From assembly GCF_030684315.1 (NCBI RefSeq), contig NC_081386.1, positions 28,550,392 through 28,614,391 of the forward strand: DNA of 64,000 nt, read 5' to 3'. This DNA is from Stegostoma tigrinum (Eukaryota). This document shows positions 27,101 to 39,143 of this stretch, one piece after another (within the stretch, counting starts at the first letter, position 1; every line of letters begins with the position of its first letter). A model generated the notes under the pieces. It saw only the letters and a list, made by a program, of their open reading frames with translations, was not told the DNA's origin and did not search any database. The position numbers and the translations under genes are program-made.

Positions 27101-27246
27101 ATTAGAGGGGGTAAATTTTTTAAAACGGAAATGAGGAGACATTTCTTCAGCCTGACAGTGGTGGGCTTGTGGAATTCATTGCCACAGAGTGTAGTGAAGG
27201 CCGGGACGTTAGATGCCTTCAAGGCAGAGATCAACAAATTCTTGAT

Positions 27247-27594
27247 AGCGAGTTTTGAGAAGATTTGTAGCTCAGGTTGAGGTTCTGGATGTGAGTTTGC
27301 TCGCTGAGCTGGAAGGTTAGTTTTCAGATGTTTCGTCACCATTCTAGGTGACATCATCAGTGAGCCTCCGACGAAGCGTTGGTGTTATGTCCCGCTTTCT
27401 ATTTATCTGGTTAGGTTTCCTTGGGTTGGTGATGCCACAGGAAATGACATCACCAACCCAAGGAAACCTAACCAGATAAATAGAAAGCGGGACATAACAC
27501 CAACGCTTCGTCGGAGGCTCACAGATGATGTCACCTAGAATGGTGACAAAACATTTGAAAACTAACCTTCCAGCTCAGCGAGCAAACTCACATC
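27247..27594. mobile_element. Palindromic Penelope-type insertion nested in the CR1 3' end
   Basis: 12-bp target duplication CAAATTCTTGAT (27235-27246, 27595-27606); the empty site is visible in the CR1 copy at ~36156; inverted arms 27286-27434 and 27448-27596. Confidence 0.85.
27324..27365 (-). ncRNA. Minimal type I hammerhead ribozyme-like motif
   Basis: Minus strand reads gctca-CTGATGA-t-GTCACC-tagaat-GGTGAC-GAAA-c-ATC-tga: conserved core boxes, 6-bp stem II, short stem I; activity untested. Confidence 0.6.
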
Positions 27595-27747
27595 CAAATT
27601 CTTGATCTCAGAAGGAATCTAGGGTTGCAGGGAAGTGGAGTTGAAATGCCCATCAGTCTTGATTAAATGGCGGAGTGGACTCAATGGGCCAAATGGCCTT
27701 ACTTCCTCTCCTATGTCTTATGGTCTTATTTGTTCTTGTTGTGGCAG

Positions 27748-27951
27748 ATTGGTAGAGATGGGCACTGTTCTGTTGAGGATGCCTGCACCTCGATGGAGTT
27801 GTATCAACGAGTGGAGAGCCAGTGGGAACAAAAACTGTGCGATCAGTTGTCGATGGCAAATGAAGAAGTGGCTTCTGAAACAAACTCTGAAATCAGTCGA
27901 TATATGGATGACCAATACTGGCCCACTGATCTTCAGAAGGACAGTAAATGA
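27748..27951 (+). CDS. AEN: AEN last coding exon (ExoIII motif and AEN-type C-terminus)
   Basis: gtggcag|ATT; IGRDGHCSVEDACTSMELYQRVESQWEQ...RYMDDQYWPTDL matches the AEN C-terminal YMxDQYWPxDL motif; spliced ORF is 392 aa. Confidence 0.95.
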   Translation: MGRDGHCSVEDACTSMELYQRVESQWEQKLCDQLSMANEEVASETNSEISRYMDDQYWPTDLQKDSK

Positions 27952-28259
27952 TGTGAGCATGTATTCTTCAGCTATAGAAATCACCAGCAAAGATGAAGCT
28001 TTGCGGCAGTTTAAACACTTGAGGTCATGAATGCATTCCCTTGGTTTCTTTGTTCTCAAGTCTTTGTAGCTGCTAACTAATGCCACACATGGTTAGTTCT
28101 CCCACACCGCTGTGATCTTTACCAATGCAATGGCTAATGGTCACAGACTGAGATTCGCTAATTCAGCTTATGTCTGGAGTTCTTCATCGGAACTTCCTGT
28201 AATTTGTGGCTCAGTGCTATGCAAAACGGTGTTGTCCGCCACCTAGGGTGTGTGAACAT

Positions 28260-28265
28260 AATAAA
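28260..28265 (+). terminator. Candidate AEN polyadenylation signal
   Basis: First AATAAA noticed after the stop codon; usage not shown. Confidence 0.3.
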
Positions 28266-30231
28266 GGAGAATGGATGTCACATTGTGTCCTAGTCTTACG
28301 TCCCTGAGACCTAGATAAAAATTCAGACCTAGTACAGTCCCAATGCTGTGCATGGTGGGCAACTATAAAATTGCTCAAAGAAAGGAGGCTGTTGTACGGG
28401 GAAGGGAGAAATATTTTTCTCTGTCCTGTGGTAATTCCTGAGGTAAATAGTTGGGCGCAGTTGAGGAATCTTGCATTTTGTAGCCACACTTTCCCCTCAT
28501 CCAACCAGGCCAATGCTGCCAATTATTTTACACTTGTCTTGTTGTTTAAATTTTTAAATAAGTTTAAGCCCTGTATGTTTGCCCAAAATGATACCTTATT
28601 TTCTACTTTTAATGTGTGTCTTCTAAATTCGTCCTTCCCTTTTGACCTCTGTGGTGCTGAGAGTGTATCAATGCAAAACAGAAACACGGCGTCATCATTC
28701 TCCACTCTGCAATTCCTTTCAATATAAGCAGTTTGAATGGAGGCAGATTGTTTGCTCCTCCCCCTGTGACATCATTGGGGCAGTGGTTTGTGGGTATTAT
28801 TCCCCTTTGATGATCTCATATGAGAGGAGTTCTATACAAAATGTCTACTTCGAGGCTGTCTTAACAGTATAATTCAGACTAAAAGCATGATGCAGAAAGC
28901 AGTAAGTGTACTGGTCCAGTTGCTTCAGTAAATGTTAAACTAACACAATGGATGAGGATCTGCTGGTTTTGGAGGGTGTGGAAATTGGCTTTGTTTGATA
29001 CTTTTTTAACTGCACTTTAATGCCACTGTGTTGTGGATTAACAATGGGCATTTCAGTCAACTGGAAACTGCTTGGCTTCGTTATTAGCTCATCATTAGAG
29101 TTTGATAATCCCAGTTTCTTCATTTCCTTCTTTAAACTACTTTGCCTTGAATTCAACTTATATTTTCTCTTAACTGTCTACAGGTTCATAGACATGTATA
29201 TTCTATGTTTTAGTTTCACTGTCTTGTTTATTGGCTGCAAAGGGTTTCAAAATACGTGAAAACTAACAGATATAATATCACTGCTACCCTACTTAAGTAA
29301 TTTTTCAGCTTAAAAACTTGTCTGAAAGCTGTGTGTGTGTGTGTGCTTGCTCACCCCTTTTGCTCGGGAGGGGGAGAAATGCAACTGTGTGAAGGCGTGC
29401 TCTCTCACTTAGTTTGAGTTTGTAATGTAAATAAGACCCAAACCATCTGGCCAGAAACAATCTCTCTTTGTCCCTTCCCATGTCCCAAAAATCTTCATAT
29501 TTTCTGAAGGGACAGACTCATGCTGAGAACCTGTCACACAGGAACAGAGATTCCTCTTCTGGTCACTCTAACCACTCTTGTGCCATCCCATTTATTGCGA
29601 CACCCCTTTATTGAGAAAGTCACGTGCTCAGAGGCACCTCTTTTTAGTTGGAGCCTGTCTGCCTCAGAAGAATGTTAAAGATCCTGTTGCAGTATTTGAA
29701 AAAGAACAGGGGTGGGGGTAAGAAGGGACGGAGGGAGGAGTTTTCATCCAGTATCTTGGCTAAATTTTGTGTTCTGGAAAAAAACATGCTGAGGAACGGG
29801 AGAAGAGAGGAAAAGCAAATTAATTAACTGGCAATTTGTCATATAGCTTCTTCTTGTGCACACAGTGGCTGCCATTACTTGTCAGAACACAGCAATTGAT
29901 TATCAAAATAACTCACTGAATGTAAAGAGTTTTAAAGTAGTGCAGAGAGAAGTGAAAATGCAAAGCTTCCTTTGGGATGTCTATGGTACATCGGGCAGTA
30001 GTATTCTTAACTGCCCACATTCAGGTGACAGACATAGTCCTGCTCCAGAGATTTCAAGGTCCTATGGCGCTATATTTTTGGTGCCCTGTCTAATACTGTG
30101 TGTTACACATTGCTGCTTGCTATTCAGAAACTAGTTGGTGCACTTCCTCATTACAACACTTCAGAAGTGCTTCAGTGACCATGAGGCAGTTTGGGACCTG
30201 CTAAGTTTATGAAAGCATCTATGAAATACTA

Positions 30232-33200
30232 TTCTGGCATTCCCACAATGATGCCACCTGAAAGCTGCAGGAACAGCATCTCATATTTCGCTTTGATACC
30301 CTTGGGCTGCAGGATTCCTATGTGGACTTCACAAGCTTCAAAATCTCCCCTCCCCGACCACATCCAAACACCAACCCAGCTAGTCCCTGCCTCCCTAACC
30401 ATTCCTCCCACCTCAGGCCTCACCCCCATCTCCTACCCACTAACTTCATCCTGACTCCGTGACCTGTCCATCCTCCCTGAACCAACCTATCCCTTCCCTA
30501 ACTCCCCACCTACATTCACCTTTACTGGCTCTAAACCCCCTACCCGCCCCCCCCCCCCCCCTTGACTTGTCTGTCTCCTCTCCACCTACCTTCTCCTTTA
30601 TCCATTTCTATCCGCCTCCCCTTCTCTTCGTATTTATTTCAGAATCCCCTTCCCCTCCCCCATTTCTGAAGAAGGGCCTCGACCCAAAATGGTGACTTCC
30701 CTGCTCCTCTGATGCTGCTTGACCTGCTGTGTTCATCCAGCTCCACACCTTGTTATCTGAGATTCTCCAGCATCGGCAGTTCCTACTGTCTCTGTAACAA
30801 TTTTAACCCCACTGCGAAGCCTCTTCTAAGGATGCCCATCTTAAAGTTACCCTCCTCCCTCCAGAAAGACCTCTGGATCTCTCTCCCGCTGCAACCCTCT
30901 TTGTAATGTCTTTGGCCCTGAAACTGCGGGACCACTCCCTGAAAACAAAACAGGTACTACAGCCACATTGCCTTTCTGAGTACCTGCCTATGGAACCGGA
31001 TCATCCCCAACGGACTACAGTCTACATTTAAGCCTTCCCAATTTGGCCCCAACTGCGACGAGCATTGATATCCTTCAAAAGCATTTCTCCCTGCGACTCC
31101 CGAAACATACACTTGCTGCAATGTGCTGGCATCTCCAGATACTACAATTAAACCTGCCCCAGCTCAGAGCCTCCCTCTCCCAGACCTGCAAATGACCTCT
31201 TCTGTTTTTTTTATTCTTCGTAAGATCCACAACCTGAACTCTCAATTCTACTCTGCTTTATTGGACACGAAAAACCGAAAGTACTTTAAACTTACCGGTG
31301 CCTACCCAGGACCTTCCCCCACCATGTGCTTGCTGCCATTCGGAGCACCAATGGTTCCCATGGATGGCGTCACATCTGCCGGCGCCCGGTATGCCCCTCC
31401 CGGTACAGCCTGCGCCGTCGTCGCTGCTGCCGAAGCCGCCGTCTCCGTTTCCGAGGCCGACAACACAGACATTGAGGACGCCGCTGCCACCAACGTCAAA
31501 GATTTACCGGCCTATGTCGCTCTGCCCACCGCTGACGTCGCTCCGCCCACCACCTCCACAGCCAGCAGCTCCAGAGGAGACTATGTAGAACCCAGCCCTG
31601 CTGAGTCTTCACCGTCCGCAACCTCCCCCCCCCCCCCCGACCACCCCCTCACTGAGGATAAATGGTCAGTCCTCAGTAAAGGGCTAACCTCTGTCCCTCC
31701 CTACCCAAACATCGAATACCGCTCACGTTTGGACATTAAACAGTTTTTCCTCTGCCGCTGCGCTTACTTCTTTAACCGTGAGCCTAACCCTCCCCCTACT
31801 GACCCCTTCTCCCACCAACACAACCCCTCCTCTTGGACACCACCCCAAGGCCTCCTACCCTCCCTCTACCTCCATCTCTAATTGCCATTGAGACATCAAT
31901 CGCCTCAACTTCTTCCCCCACAGAACGTGCAGCACTCCACTCCCTCTGCTTCAATCCCAACCTCACCATAAAACCCACGGACAAGGGAGGCGCAGTTGTA
32001 GTATGGCGCACTAACCTCTACATCGCCGAGCCTAGATGCCAGCTCTCTGACACCTGCTCCTACCGCCCCCTTGATCATGATCCCACCCCCCAGCACCAAA
32101 TCATCATCTCCCAAACTATCCACAACCTCATCACCTCAGGTGATCTCCCACCCACAACCTCTAACCTCATCATTCCCCAACTCCACACCGCCTGTTTGTA
32201 TCTCCTTCCCAAAATCCACAAACCTGACTGCCCTGGCAAACGCATTGTCTCTACCTGCTCCTGCCCCACCGAACTTATCTCCACCTATCTCGACTCCATT
32301 TTCTCCCCCTTGGTCCAAGAACTCCCTACCTACATCTGTGACACGACCCACGCCCTCCACCACCTTCAAAACTTCCAATTCCCTGGTCCCCAACACTCCA
32401 TCTTTATCATGGACACCCAGTCCCTATACACTTGCATTCCCCACACAAATGGCCTAAAGGCCCTCCACTACTTCCTGTTCAGCAGGCCTGACCAGTCCTC
32501 CTCCACTAACACCCTCATCCGCCTTGCCAAACTCATCCTCACCCTCAACAACTTCTCTTTCAATTCCTCCCATTTTCTACAGACAAAGCGGGGTGACCGT
32601 GGGTACCCACATGGGCCCAAGCTATGCCTGCCTCTGTAGGATACGTGGAACAATTCCTCTTCCATACCTATACTGACCCTATCCCCTACCTCTTCATCTG
32701 TTACATTGATGACTGTTTCGGCAGCGCCGCCTGATGCTTCCATGAGGAGCTCAGCCAGTTCATTCACTTCACCAACACCTTTCACCCCAACCTTAAGTTC
32801 ATCTGGGCCATCTCTGATACCCCTCTCTCCTCGCTGGACCTCTCTGTCTCCATCTCTGGCATACACCTGGAAACTGATCCATTTCAAGCCTACCAACTCC
32901 CACAGCTACCTAGAATATACCTCCTCTCACTCACCTTCCTGCAAAAAGGCCATCCCCTATTCCCAATTCCTTTGCCTCCGCTGCATCAGCTTCCGAGATG
33001 AGGCATTCCACTCCCGGACATCCCAGATGTCCTAGTTTTTCAAGGACCGCAACTTCCCCTCCACAGTGGTCAAAAATGCCCTCGAACATGTCTCTCACAT
33101 TTCCTGCAACTCATCCCTCACACCCCTATCCACAATAACAACCAAAACAGAATCCCCCTCGTCCTCACGTACCACCCCTCCAAACTCCGAATCCAACCCA

Positions 33201-34165
33201 TCATCCTCCCACACTTCTGCCTTCTGCAATCTGACCCCACTACCAAAGACAGTTTTCCCTCCCCACCCTTTTATCTGCTTTCCGGAGCGACTACTCTTTC
33301 CATGACTCCCTTGTCCGCTCCACACTCCCCTCTGGCTCCACCACCCCCGGCACTTTTCCCTGCAACCGCAGGAAGTGCTAGACCTGCCCCTACACCTCGT
33401 CCCTCACCCCCATCCCAGGCCCCAAGAAGACCTTCCACATCAAACAGATGTTCACCTGCACATCTGCTACTGTAGTATACTGTATCCACTGTTCTCGTTG
33501 TGGCCTCCTCTATATTGGGGAAACCAAGCGGAAGCTTTGGGACCACTTTGTGGAACACCTACGCTCTGTTTGCAACAAACAACTACACCTCAGAGTTGCA
33601 AACCACTTCAACTCCCCCTCTTTTGGGCAACATGTCCTCCTGGGCCTCCAGCATTGCTATACTAATGCCACCTGAAAGCTGCAGGAACAGCTTCTCACAT
33701 TTCACTTGGGAACCCTGCAGCCCAATGGTATCAATGTGGACTTCACAAGCTTCAAAATCTCCCCTCCCCAGACCGTATCCCAAAACCAGCCCACCTAATC
33801 CCTACCTCCCTAACCATTCCTCCCATCTCCTACCCACTAAACTCCTCCCACCTCCTTGATCTATCCATCCTCCCTGGACTGTCCTATCTCCTCCCTAACT
33901 CCCCAGCTACATTCACCTTCACTGGCTGTGACGCCAGCTCTTTGACTTGTCTGTCTCCTCTTCACCTATCTTCTCCTTTTACCCATCTTCTATCTGCCTC
34001 CCCCACTCTTCGTATTTATTTCAGAATCCCCTTCCCTTCCCCCACTTCTGAAGAAGGGTCTGGGCCCAAAACGTCAGCTTTCCTGCTGCTTGGCCTGCTG
34101 TGTAAATCCAGCTTCAGACAACGTTATCTCAGATTCTCCAGCATCGGCAGTTCCTGCTATCATTA
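30232..34165 (+). mobile_element. Near-full-length, disrupted Penelope-like retroelement (Neptune-like) with tandem pLTRs
   Basis: RT motifs IKPTDKGGAVVVW, LYLLPKIHK, MDTQSLYTCIPH, YIDD (~32700); Cys linker CNRRKC*TC (33361); GIY-YIG VVYCIHCSRCGLLYIGETKR (33448-33675); direct repeats ~30232-30790 and ~33645-34165; candidate 8-bp flank duplication AAATACTA (30224, 34166). Confidence 0.92.
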
Positions 34166-35327
34166 AAATACTAATTTTTTTTTAAAAAAGCATTCAAACT
34201 TAATTGTAGCATAGACTACTCTGTTTTCTTTAGGTTATTACTTTAAGTTGAAGACATGCAAAACCAGTTTAGAACTTATTCCAACCAATGTAAGTATAAC
34301 CACATTATCCAGGTGGATGAAACTAACACCATGCCTGGCTACACTTACGTGGTTTGGTTTCTAAGAATTGCTAGCACTCATCTGTTGTGGTTTGCATGTT
34401 TTATTGTTTGTTCTGATAGGTACATAAATTCCAGCGTGTTTTGCGCAACTTAATGCGTCATGGTGCAAGGTTTTATTTTGTGTGTGTTCTGTTGGTTTCA
34501 TTGGCAGTCTCTTTGCATCAAATCTTGACGTGGCAATGCTATATTAGGTAGAGCATAGAAATCACCCTTTTTTGTTAACATTCCTTTTTCGTGCTCCTTT
34601 GACAATTCCACATCTCAACCCTGCCTTGCCTTACCCACTGCACCCCCCACGAAACAATGGGGAGGGTTTTCCACTGTTGAATACCTTGGTGATAACTTCC
34701 ACACTTATGCTGGAGTCCTACAATTTCACATCCTGTACTGGAATGAGTTGGTGACTAAGAGCAGAGGCATCATCTCAATCTCATTTGGAAGTGTTTGCAG
34801 TTGCCTTTCATGAATAATTGGACATAAAGAAGGCCACTGGCTTTTCCAGAATAGAGCAGGCTGTATCCATTATTACATTCCACAGGATTTCTTTTCATGT
34901 GTTTAATATTCTGTTTATTCTTCATAGCAGTTCATTACAAACTTGATCACTCTGCGGCCCGTGAATTCCTGACACATTCAAATCTGTGTGGTTCATTGTT
35001 TTCAACATGTTCACCCTGTGATTATAAAGCTGAAATATTTGGTTTATTTTGGAAGAAGTTGTCATGCACCTGTTGGATAATAAATTATTTTCAAACAGTT
35101 GGTCCTTGTCTTTCTTATCCTGTCAGATGTTTGGTGTTTAATTGCATATTTTCTTATTTACACCTGCCTAATCTCTGGGTCTCCATTAGAGCCTCATATG
35201 CAAGGACTGTACTCACGGGCATGGCAATCTGCCACTGAAGGTAGCATTGGACTTGCAGCTTCAGTCCAATTGGTGTCTAGTGCCAGGCTATATTACGTGG
35301 TAAAACAGTAAGAAAAGTGTAAGAGAG

Positions 35328-35445
35328 GTAATGGGAACTGCAGATGCTGGAGAATCCAAGATAACAAAGTGTGGAGCTGGATGAACACAGCAGGCCAAGC
35401 AACATCTCGGGAGCACAAAAGCTGACGTTTCGGGCCTAGACCCTT
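35328..35445 (-). mobile_element. Penelope pLTR-derived short repeat, truncated inside the hammerhead motif
   Basis: Near-identical reverse complement of 63817-63936; lacks the CTGATG box. Confidence 0.85.
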
Positions 35446-36017
35446 GAGTGACTTAGTTATTTTTGTCTGCATAGGTCTTGAGTATCAGTGTGTACTGTTT
35501 ACTCTTGATTTGGAGACTGTAGCATTTCCTGCTACAGGCTCCAATGAAAGTCTACCTTAGATTGGGACTAATTGATTTTGCCAAGGAGTTGGAGACGTGT
35601 GGGATGTGCAGATATTAACCAGATAGAACAGGCAGTGGCAAACTGCTTGATGTTGATCTGAACTGTGAGACTTGTTTGATTTGTTGTTGGGGTGGGTAGA
35701 ACTGGGCTGGTGTGAGTTTTGACTCATTCAACCCTAGAAGCAAAGGATCTGAAGCAGGATCTCCTGTCAACTTCATGACAAATCAAACCAGCCACTTCAG
35801 AAAGTTATGTTCATTTTAGAAGTTAAGAACTCCTTTGAAACTGGAAGAGTTTGATGGGTAGAGTTGATGCTTGTAGAATCAACAGAGCTCTTTGCCTTTC
35901 TCTAGGGATCTATCTGAAAAACATGTTTCCTTCAGTGATACCAAAGTCAGTCATTTTGCTTTACTAATGCTGGAAAACATCATTTTCTAATTGAGCATCA
36001 GATACCACACAATCAAA

Positions 36018-36302
36018 TTTGAGGCTTAGAGGGGTTAAATTTAAAACTGAAATGAGACAACATTTCTTCAGCCAGAGAGTAGTGGACTTGTGGAATTCAT
36101 TGCCATGGAGTGCAGTGGAGGCCGGGATGTTGGATGCCTTCAAGGCAGAGATCGACAAATTCTTGATCTCAGAAGGAATCAAGAGCTATGGGGAGAGTGC
36201 AGGGAAGTGGAGTTGAAATGCCCATCAGTCATGATTTAAATGGCGGAGTGGGTTTGATGGGCCGAATGGCCTTATTTCCACTCCTATGTCTTATGGTCTT
36301 AA
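36018..36302 (+). mobile_element. CR1 LINE 3' end
   Basis: RGVKFKTEMRQHFFSQRVVDLWNSLP; same subfamily and tail as 25741-27730. Confidence 0.9.
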
Positions 36303-39143
36303 GTGCTGCATAGTTATACTTTCTTTAATGGACATAGCAGGCAAGGCTAAAATTGTTTGCCTGTCCCTAATTGCCTTTGAACTGAGAGACATGCTTGGCC
36401 ATTTTAAATGGGAGGTTAAGAGTCCATCACATAGCTGTGGTTCTGGAATCAGATGTAGACCATGCTGGGTTAGGACAGCAGATTTCCCTCCCCAGGGGGG
36501 GTTAGACAGCTGGAAGGGTTTCAATGGCAATCAATGGTAGTTTCAGAAATAGTGACATGACATTCATTTTCAGAATTTAAATTCCACCAACTGCCATGGG
36601 GATTTCAATTTATATCCCAGAGGATTTACCTCATCCTCTGGATTGCTACAGCACTGATATTACACTAGATTGCTATCTGTATGAGTCAGTGCTTTATGTA
36701 CTTTTTCTCTCCGTGACCCCATTTTTGAGGATTGAAAAGTTCAGTGACCCAGTGGTGAGTGAAGAGGGAAGGGAAGAAGACCGATTAGGGCAGGCAGAAG
36801 GCAGCCATCGTTGCCTTGGGGATCCTCTAAAAGTTCAGCTTGCTAACCTCACTTTGGGAAACCCTGGTGGAGGTCTTTACCAGTTAGTAACTGGATTAAA
36901 ACTCACCACGGCCATAAATGTCACCACCATATACACTGAACAAGTGAAAAGGAGACCTTTGAGGCAAGTGAGTGCAGGTTAGACTTATTTTAAATCCCAG
37001 AAGTGAAATTCAGCTCCAGAACAAAGGAATGCAAGTAGCTGTTAAGACCCTTGAACCTGATCCACCACCATTCGGTAAATTACAGCCAATCCATGATCAC
37101 TTGATATTCTTATCCAATATAATTCTATTGATGTCATTTTTGAAAGTCATTTTGATAGCTTTGGGAAAGTTTCATACTGTGAAAGCGTTTCCTGATTCCT
37201 AAAGGGTCCTGGATATAATTTTAAGATCGTGTTGCCTTGTTCAGGGTTCTCACACTCAATCATATGCATTTCTCTTGATCTAGTACCACCCTACGCAAAT
37301 CTGTTTATCTAATTTAAATACAATGAAATCTGCAGCCACCTCTGCCCTGACCCTCAAATGCTGATGAGTTTTTGATAATTTCTCATGCTCCAGTGCTAAG
37401 AGTGGGGAGACAAACAAATGTGGTTGAATGTTCAGGTTCCATCATGGGAAGTTGTGAAGCTAGAATTTATAGTTTGTGGGCACCACAGAAAGAGTGATTG
37501 TGGAGACCATTTGATTGTTTGTTGCAAATGGTTGGTGATTAGTATTAAACCAAAGCTCGAGGAGGAATCTTCATTCTGGGAGATATCAGATCACATTCAA
37601 TATTGCCTGGTACAAAAGGGTACATGGTAGTATCAGCATTCTGTTTTGGACAGCCTACTTTACAGTCAGTACTGATAGTTTCAGTTGAATGTTTAAACTT
37701 GGCACCTTGGAGTCCCATGAAAAGCTGGTATAATTCTGCTAAATGTTAGCCATTCAATCTATTGAGGACAATTTGTACAGATAATAAATGGAGATAAGTT
37801 GTAACCTTTTCATATTTGCTTAGCTCAAAGATGAAGATCCTTAATATTTGGCTCCACTCTCAACTCGATGTCACCCTGCCACCCCCATATGATCTTCTCA
37901 TTCATCTCCAACTCCACCTCTCCTTCAGCATCAAAACTATGATCCATTTATCCACCTGCAAAATACTTAAAGCGATAGACAGGGCAGATGCAGGTAAGAT
38001 ATTTATTATGCTTTGGGAAGTCCAGAACTAGAGGCCACAATTTCAAAATAAGGGAAAATCACTTAGGACCAGGATGAGGAGAATTCTTTTTCCTTGGAGG
38101 GTGGTGAATCCTGACTTCTCTACCCAAGAAGGCAGTGGAAGCTTAGTTTTTAATTATGTTTCAAATAGAAATTAATAGATTTCTAAATACTAATGGTGTA
38201 AAAAGATAGTGTGGGAGAGAAAATATTAAAGTGCATGATGAGCCATTATCGTATTGAGTGGTTGAACAGGATGGATAGGCAAATTACCTACTGCTTCTAT
38301 ATTACCATGAATGATTAAGCTCTGGTATGCACTGTCTGACGGTGTGGTGGAGGAGGGTTCGAATGATCCATTCAAAAGGAAGTTAGTCTGTTACCTGAAA
38401 GGGATGAATGTGGAGGGTAACGGAGAGAAGGTGGGGGCATGGCATAAAGTGATTGCACGTTTGGAGAGCTGATGTACACAAGATGGGCCAAATGGCCTCC
38501 TGCACATAATAATTCCGTGACCACACCATAACCTGAGCCTCTGTCTCTCCTGCTGTTTCATTATTTTGTCACTCTTTGTTTACATTCCTAGTAGTCAATA
38601 TTTTCCCATTTGTACATCTCTACAGCATCATAAGTAACTCATAGCAAACATATACATTCTAATAAAATTGCAATTCAAAATATTAATCATCCAAAGATTG
38701 CTGCAGAATAGAGAATTGCATGTATGCAGAGTTAAGCGAGAGGCTGTAACATAGAATAAATATTTTAGATAGGTAACAACAGATAATTCAGAGGCCAAAA
38801 TTGAAAGAATGAATCACGTGTAGAACAGCAATTGTGGACAAAAGTATTCTTTCTTCACACAGTTTATTTTTAAATCAAATTTGCATGCCCATAACCTCAT
38901 ATAGCTCTGAGAAGCAGCTACTTGATCCATAGATTAGAATCAGAATTATGTGCCATATTATGTTTGACCTCCTCGCCTGTTTGTAGTTTGGTCAAAACTA
39001 TATATCCAGTTTATACTGTAATCTCTCTACCTTGGCCTTACAGTAGCTCCTGTGAGAACTGTTGAGTTACTTGGACAAGAAACAGCCAACTCAGTAATAC
39101 ATCAAATATGCTTCTTTAAATGAGATGTTATATTTGGAGTGAT

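Larger units (their letters stand above)
25741..27730 (+). mobile_element. 5'-truncated CR1-clade LINE (RT domain, disrupted) in AEN intron 3
   Basis: PGPDGLHPRVL, PLFKKG...[51 protein letters not shown]; stops and frameshifts; 3' tail cctatgtcttatggtctta. Confidence 0.95.

Noticed and set aside
25762-27280. RT ORFs as a functional or domesticated gene
   Set aside because: Stops, frameshifts, 5' truncation and a nested insertion; ordinary dead CR1
31123-33675. Penelope ORF as an active element
   Set aside because: Split over several frames with in-frame stops, including in the Cys linker
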